Shown here: positions 16,588-20,000 of the stretch, piece by piece
Position numbering within the stretch: position 1 is the first letter of the stretch
How the letters are laid out: the number at the start of each line of letters is the position of its first letter
Source: an uncultured virus (IMG/VR IMGVR_UViG_3300037067_013691)
Taxonomy: Duplodnaviria > Heunggongvirae > Uroviricota > Caudoviricetes
Length of the DNA stretch: 20,000 bases
Direction: 5' to 3' (one strand)
Virus record (IMG/VR): IMGVR_UViG_3300037067_013691
Translations under genes and position numbers: made by a program
The notes under the pieces: generated by a model
What the model saw: the letters and a program-made list of their open reading frames with translations, nothing else
Told to the model about the DNA's origin: nothing
The model's database searches: none

Positions 16588-16752
16588 ATGGAAACAACAC
16601 TTAAAGGGAACACTCTTACGGTAGAGATGGAACTATCCAAAGGAGAACGTAGCAAATCTGGGAAAAGCCTTATAGTATTCTCTACTAATGGATTTAAAAA
16701 GGTCGATAACTCAGAATATCAAATAAGCATCAATGTTATAAAGAGCAAATAA
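16588..16752 (+). CDS. Small beta-rich phage protein (54 aa, SKSGKSLIVFSTNG motif)
   Basis: TAAGGAG SD before the ATG at 16588; the TTG start in the ORF track is actually the -35 box. Confidence 0.75.
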   Translation: METTLKGNTLTVEMELSKGERSKSGKSLIVFSTNGFKKVDNSEYQISINVIKSK

Positions 16753-16753
16753 T

Positions 16754-16927
16754 ATGAAAGAATCACTTCAACTTTTGAAAGATTACGAACAGGAAATCAA
16801 GGAAACTTCCCTCTGGATTTATAGTATGCCCTATTCTAAATTGAATCCAGCATCACAAAGAGCCATAAGACAAGCTTGCAAGGAAACCATGTACTCTAAA
16901 ATATATGATATGACGGAGAATAAATAA
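16754..16927 (+). CDS. Hypothetical protein (57 aa)
   Basis: MKESLQLLKD...MTENK; fills the gap between neighbours. Confidence 0.65.
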   Translation: MKESLQLLKDYEQEIKETSLWIYSMPYSKLNPASQRAIRQACKETMYSKIYDMTENK

Positions 16928-17122
16928 ATGTTTACAAAAATATTAACAAGGGATATGGTTGGGCAGAAGATACGCATCTATGTAACTAACAGGAAACGTT
17001 ATACTGGAATACTAAGGGACTACGGAGATAACTTTATTCAAGTTAGCCCACTCCAAATGAAAATCGGTCAATCTATTTGGTTCAATCCTGAACAAATAAT
17101 TTCTCTTTCAATAGGTGAGTAG
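16928..17122 (+). CDS. Sm/Hfq-like fold protein (64 aa)
   Basis: GQKIRIYVTN..RYTGILRDYGDNFIQV...IWFNPEQIISL matches the Sm1/Sm2 pattern. Confidence 0.6.
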   Translation: MFTKILTRDMVGQKIRIYVTNRKRYTGILRDYGDNFIQVSPLQMKIGQSIWFNPEQIISLSIGE

Positions 17123-17124
17123 GC

Positions 17125-17515
17125 ATGACAGAAATAATTACAGTTGTTGATAGGGTTGAAGAAAAAGAAGCCAACAAATATAAGCTCATAACCAAAACTG
17201 GTGATGAATATACCATAGGTAAAATGCTTAATAATAGACTTAATGAGTTTCAATCAGGAATAGCACTTAAACTCACAATGGACTCTTATAATAACTTCCC
17301 CTATATAAAAGATTTTGTACGCTGTATTGATATAACACCTGAGAAATTAGCGCAAATCTCCAAGCCTATCAAGAATACTAAAGACATCTCCATAGAGGCT
17401 CAGGTAGCAGTAAAAGCTATTACGGACTTAATGGCTCATGGAATACAAGTATCTCAGGACTTAGAAGAGATGACTATGGAGNNNNNNNNNNGCATTAAAG
17501 GGGGCAATAGAGTGA
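17125..17515 (+). CDS. Hypothetical protein, possibly ssDNA-binding (spans the assembly gap)
   Basis: Beta-rich N-terminus plus a SIEAQVAVKA helix; probable end ..ALKGAIE* (TGA 17513-17515) after the N-run. Confidence 0.5.
17482..17491. other. Assembly gap (10 N)
   Basis: Ns in the sequence; true length unknown. Confidence 1.
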
Positions 17516-17736
17516 TTGACAGTAATGATATAAAACTTTTCTATGCTATCCCGAATAATCCAGTAGAATCACAAAAGGTTGTAATTATAGTTTCCGATGA
17601 TAAACGAATTATAAGTGGCAAGATTGCAACATTCGTATCTGTTGATTCAAAGATACAAAGTATTACCCTTGAACAACCTAATGGTAAACATATCACTTTC
17701 AATAATGAACATATTATCTCTATAGAGGAAGCATAA
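17512..17736 (+). CDS. Second Sm-like fold protein (74 aa)
   Basis: GGGGG SD and GTG start; QKVVIIV...ISGKI...ITLEQPNGKHITFNNEHIISIE. Confidence 0.5.
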   Translation: MIDSNDIKLFYAIPNNPVESQKVVIIVSDDKRIISGKIATFVSVDSKIQSITLEQPNGKHITFNNEHIISIEEA

Positions 17737-17919
17737 ATGAACTGCCCCAAATGTAACAACTCTCTCCAAGCTACCTTTACAGGCATAGAACATGCTTGGA
17801 CAAATCCAGTAACAGAGAAGTCCAATGATGGCTCAGTTATGTTCTACTATGTATGTATCAACCCTAAATGTGAGGATGGGAAAATGAATTGCCCTACTAG
17901 CGAGCCATTTCCGTTTTAG
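17737..17919 (+). CDS. Zinc-ribbon protein (60 aa)
   Basis: CPKC...CINPKC; GAGGA SD. Confidence 0.7.
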   Translation: MNCPKCNNSLQATFTGIEHAWTNPVTEKSNDGSVMFYYVCINPKCEDGKMNCPTSEPFPF

Positions 17920-17954
17920 CGACAAATCCAATTTAGATAAGGTATAATAATTTT

Positions 17955-18446
17955 ATGGCATTAAGTAAACGTCAGAAAATAACTCTAAGGAATGCAGGAT
18001 TCCTACCTAGGGAGATATATCAACTATCAACAGCCCGTGGCGGGGACTCAACGAGTGGACATACTGTACCAATGCAAATTGCATGGAGTAGCAAACCAGT
18101 ACAAGCAATGATTAGGTCTCGTAGGAAATGGATATCTAATCTAAAAAATGTTGGGTGGAATGATGCTGAAATAAAAGCAAAAATTAGTCAATACTATTCT
18201 ACTGGACGCTTTACAAATATTTTTAGTTTTATTAAATTGGAATATATTGCGTCAAAGAAATTGTCAGATTGGGCAACTGCTACTAAATTACGTGTAAGAG
18301 CTAAAGCCTCAAGAGTTTTAGGCCGAAGCTATGGAAGGAAAATGAGACCTACCCTCCTTCCCAAATATCTCCCCAAACGCCCCATGCTTCCCACCAAGCC
18401 CAAACTAATCCGCAAGCGTAGTTATAAGCTTGGCACAAAGGAATAG
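17955..18446 (+). CDS. Highly basic protein (163 aa), candidate terminal or DNA-binding protein
   Basis: Arg/Lys-rich; lies upstream of the PolB gene; TATAAT at 17943-17948 ends 6 nt before the ATG, suggesting a leaderless mRNA. Confidence 0.7.
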   Translation: MALSKRQKITLRNAGFLPREIYQLSTARGGDSTSGHTVPMQIAWSSKPVQAMIRSRRKWISNLKNVGWNDAEIKAKISQYYSTGRFTNIFSFIKLEYIASKKLSDWATATKLRVRAKASRVLGRSYGRKMRPTLLPKYLPKRPMLPTKPKLIRKRSYKLGTKE

Positions 18447-18454
18447 GAGGATAT

Positions 18455-18598
18455 ATGATAGAGACATTTGGAGTAGTAACCCCGCCATTTTCTACTAGAG
18501 AACTATCACTAATAATAACCATAGTAATTTTAGTGCTTAGCAACTTCCTGACTGTATGGTTAGTATCAAAACACAATAATAAACCATGCTCCAAATAA
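18455..18598 (+). CDS. Single-TM peptide (47 aa)
   Basis: AGGAGG SD; MIETFG...LIITIVILVLSNFLTVWLV..; overlaps the PolB start. Confidence 0.7.
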   Translation: MIETFGVVTPPFSTRELSLIITIVILVLSNFLTVWLVSKHNNKPCSK

Positions 18599-19776
18599 TC
18601 GGATATCACATAGACCGTGATTCACGCACTATTTTCACAAGCAATGGGGAAAAGTGTTCCAAATCACCCTACATAGACTTCCTGCTTAAAGAGCAAGATG
18701 CCATTAGAGTGTGTTATCAGCTTGATTTTTTCATTGCTAATCTGTTGAAATTTATCGGTCTATCTGACAAGCAACTCATTCAACTCCATGACACCTCAGA
18801 ATTATCCACCAATGGTTACAAGTTTAAGTTCGTACCCAAGAAATTCTTCTCCATTATCAAGGATGAGAAGTTCGTGGTATTATCTGATGCTTCTCAGTAC
18901 ATGGAAAGATATGACTTACTTGGAGACCCCTTAGAAAAGGCTAAGGAAGCCCAAAAAGTAGGGGTACAGGTTTATAACGCATTAAGTAGGTTGGGATTAC
19001 ACCCAAAGTCTTTGATTTCTCCAATAGCAACCTTTGAGAAAGAAGTCCTTTTTAAGATGGACTTACCTACCATAGATGATATGCCAGAAGAAGCTGCACA
19101 ATATGCCTATGAGTGTTGCACAGGGCCAATAATATGCTCATACCAGAAAGGAAAATTTGAGAAGTGTTGGGACTATGATTTGGTCTCAGCCTACGCATCG
19201 AAGCTTTCAGAATGTATAGACTATAGGTACGGTTCATGGGAAAAGATAGACCATTTTGACCCAACTGCTCATTATGGATTCTACTTATCAAATGTTGATA
19301 TGACAGCGAATTTCCATCCCATTGTATATGCCAGACATAATGAAGAATCACATTGCCCTTTGGGTGAATGGCAACGTAAATCTACACAAGATGAACTTAA
19401 CTTTATAACTAATTACAAACGTGGAACTTGGGAAGTAGAGGATGGATGGGTATTTCACCCTACCAAGATAGTAAAGCCCTATAAGAAAGTGATAGATTGG
19501 TTACATTCCCAAAAGGAAAAATCAACTGGAATGCAACGTAAGATAGTAAAACGCATTCAAGAAGGCTTGTGGGGTTATACACTTAGGATTGACTGGAATG
19601 GAGAAACAGCAACACCGTCCGAACATATGAATACAGTATTTGGATGCCAAACAGAGACTCCAGTTAAGTTGGAAGTTGCAAAATTTGTTATAGACAACCA
19701 ATTAGAAGAATTCTTATTATCAATTGCAGTGGACGGAGTATTAGCTACCAAAGAAGTAAATCTACCTAAGTCTTAG
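18586..19776 (+). CDS. polB: Short, degenerate family B DNA polymerase (protein-primed type)
   Basis: Motif A DYDLVSAYA; long TPR1-like insert; motif B KRIQEGLWG; motif C SIAVDG. Confidence 0.75.
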   Translation: MLQIIGYHIDRDSRTIFTSNGEKCSKSPYIDFLLKEQDAIRVCYQLDFFIANLLKFIGLSDKQLIQLHDTSELSTNGYKFKFVPKKFFSIIKDEKFVVLSDASQYMERYDLLGDPLEKAKEAQKVGVQVYNALSRLGLHPKSLISPIATFEKEVLFKMDLPTIDDMPEEAAQYAYECCTGPIICSYQKGKFEKCWDYDLVSAYASKLSECIDYRYGSWEKIDHFDPTAHYGFYLSNVDMTANFHPIVYARHNEESHCPLGEWQRKSTQDELNFITNYKRGTWEVEDGWVFHPTKIVKPYKKVIDWLHSQKEKSTGMQRKIVKRIQEGLWGYTLRIDWNGETATPSEHMNTVFGCQTETPVKLEVAKFVIDNQLEEFLLSIAVDGVLATKEVNLPKS

Positions 19777-19960
19777 GTACAAACCTATCAAGCACTAATT
19801 TGCTTATAACCCCCATTGTAGTCATAAACATAAACAATGCTACACCTTTTATCACTGAATCAGAGATACCATTGGAAAGTAATTGCACTCCTGAATATGA
19901 TACCATCCCGTTCCCTGCCATTATCCCACTTGTTTTAACGTGTGTAAGAATATTTTTCAT
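19766..19960 (-). CDS. Small membrane protein (64 aa)
   Basis: Hydrophobic helices; converges on and overlaps the polB stop. Confidence 0.55.
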   Translation of the reverse strand: MKNILTHVKTSGIMAGNGMVSYSGVQLLSNGISDSVIKGVALFMFMTTMGVISKLVLDRFVPKT

Positions 19961-20000
19961 AAGTAGATATTATATCTAACAACATCTACTTATGCAACCA

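Noticed and set aside
17125..17736. Single 203-aa gene
   Set aside because: The frame continuity depends on an arbitrary 10-N gap; an SD, GTG start and GTGA overlap at 17512 indicate two genes.
14458..19351. Minus-strand ORFs 14458, 15587, 15958, 17068, 17541, 18349 and 19067
   Set aside because: Antisense to the overlap-coupled plus-strand early operon.

Overview
AT-rich viral genome segment with no terminase, portal, HK97 or jelly-roll capsid gene visible in the window. Sigma70-type promoters point to a bacterial host. The minus strand (1-13.3 kb) is a structural/late arm. It carries a lipoprotein, a free-standing zinc-ribbon/Vsr-like endonuclease, a cluster of tiny basic peptides (one resembles ribosomal protein bS22/mS38), two large membrane-anchored FN3-repeat surface proteins, small membrane proteins and a >1060-aa ORF running off the left edge. 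The plus strand (13.4-19.8 kb) is an early arm of short coupled ORFs (zinc fingers, an HTH, two Sm/Hfq-like proteins) ending in a short, degenerate protein-primed-type PolB. Main discovery: the '235-aa ORF' at 10207-10914 is really two tandem ORF-less group I introns separated by an 18-nt micro-exon. Removing them rebuilds a 72-aa two-helix membrane protein, probably the major virion protein, about 0.4 kb downstream of the free-standing endonuclease. All family calls are by-eye motif recognition; no database searches were run.
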